From the NCBI RefSeq assembly GCF_022045235.1, contig NW_027266341.1, positions 17,050,001-17,114,000 of the forward strand: a stretch of DNA of 64,000 bases. The letters are read 5' to 3'. Origin of the DNA: Haliotis cracherodii. Taxonomy: Eukaryota. The position numbers and the translations under genes are program-made. Positions 62,999 to 64,000 of this stretch are shown one piece after another (positions within the stretch are counted from its first letter, which is position 1; each line of letters starts with the position of its first letter). Under the pieces are notes generated by a model that saw only the letters and a list, made by a program, of their open reading frames with translations, made no database searches and was not told the DNA's origin.

Positions 62999-64000
62999 TA
63001 CTAGTTCGGTCTTATGCCGTTTTTATTGTGCTAGCCCTCGGATATATCTCCAGGAGTTTACATACACGTCTAAGACGCAGTATTCTGTATCCGAGACAAC
63101 AAGTATTTTGATTTGTCCCCTAATGCCCACGCCTAGCAGAGTAACAGAAAGTAACTTTGTATAATGTCTGTTGTTTTGGTATAACGCGGACGGGGATGGG
63201 CCGCCTATTCTTTGATTAGAGGCTATATCCTGTAGACCACGGAACAAGGGGAACCTGTTGTTGAATGTTCAGACAACTGTGCATAATATCTTTTCTCAGC
63301 GCGAGTTGAGCGTTCCTTGAAAGAGGATAGCTGGAGTGTGTGTTATTGGAACTCTATTAACTTTGATATACATTGACAATTTCGTACCTTAATAGCGTTT
63401 AATTCTGTACAAATAACTATATATTTTGAGTTTGGGTTGAAGATATTTACATGCATGTGTAACCAACTACGTACGTAAAGGACCCTAAGGAATCCTACAC
63501 TTGTCCATATATCCGACTTCTTTTCATCATGACTCCAGTCTATATGATTTAATCAGTAAATTTATTATTACCCGTAAAAGAATGTAGATATCCGACTGGT
63601 CAGTCGTCGTCTTGTTAAAGTCCATACAAGTCTATTGACCGGCCTATATATGTGCCATGACGTCATAATATTTGATATGACGTCACTTATTTTTCACGTC
63701 ACTTTTGACCCTGTTTGCACTTTATGATACTGAAAGATGGCAAACACAATATAGATATCATTATCACTGACAAATATTTCATCGAATTACTCTTTATAAC
63801 TTTGGATCTCGCAATGATATATTTGATTACATGTGCCACTGGCAGAGTGATTGTTATTTTACGGACTGAACGACCATCGGTCTCGTGGTATAAATGTTCA
63901 AGCTTCTGCAGCACGTCAAGCTCCGTGCACACCGCTAGTGTATAAATAAAGGCGACAAAACCCTTTCAATAATCATCAGAAAGTCTAGACCATTATTTAC

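Noticed and set aside
1-64000. Prokaryotic operons, defence systems or rRNA genes
   Set aside because: Very low coding density, SINE/LINE/microsatellite content and splice signals indicate animal nuclear DNA; no rRNA-like sequence was recognised.

Overview
Eukaryotic, AT-rich, repeat-dense animal DNA. The SINE repertoire looks molluscan, probably abalone-like; this is an inference from recognition, not a search. There is one assembly gap (1503-1645). The only convincing intact protein genes are two tandem minus-strand paralogs (8704-10509, 601 aa; 15116-16915, 599 aa). Each CDS is a single exon encoding a secreted, N-glycosylatable protein: signal peptide, a CBM6/CBM35-like N-terminal module, then a highly conserved C-terminal domain I cannot name. 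Each has a splice acceptor a few bases before its ATG. A GC-rich candidate first coding exon of a plus-strand gene lies at 54366-54637. The rest is mobile and repetitive DNA: four SINE families (three sharing one 3' tail, one with a non-tRNA pseudoknot-like head), two R4/Dong-like RLE retrotransposon relics beside (TAA)n tracts, L2, Penelope-like and Tc1 relics, several MITEs, six minisatellite arrays, and a ~2.5 kb inverted duplication (32968-35445 vs 55826-57874). A 187-bp TSD-flanked fold-back insertion (53924-54110) carries an apparently intact minimal hammerhead ribozyme. Nearly all short ORFs in the track are spurious.
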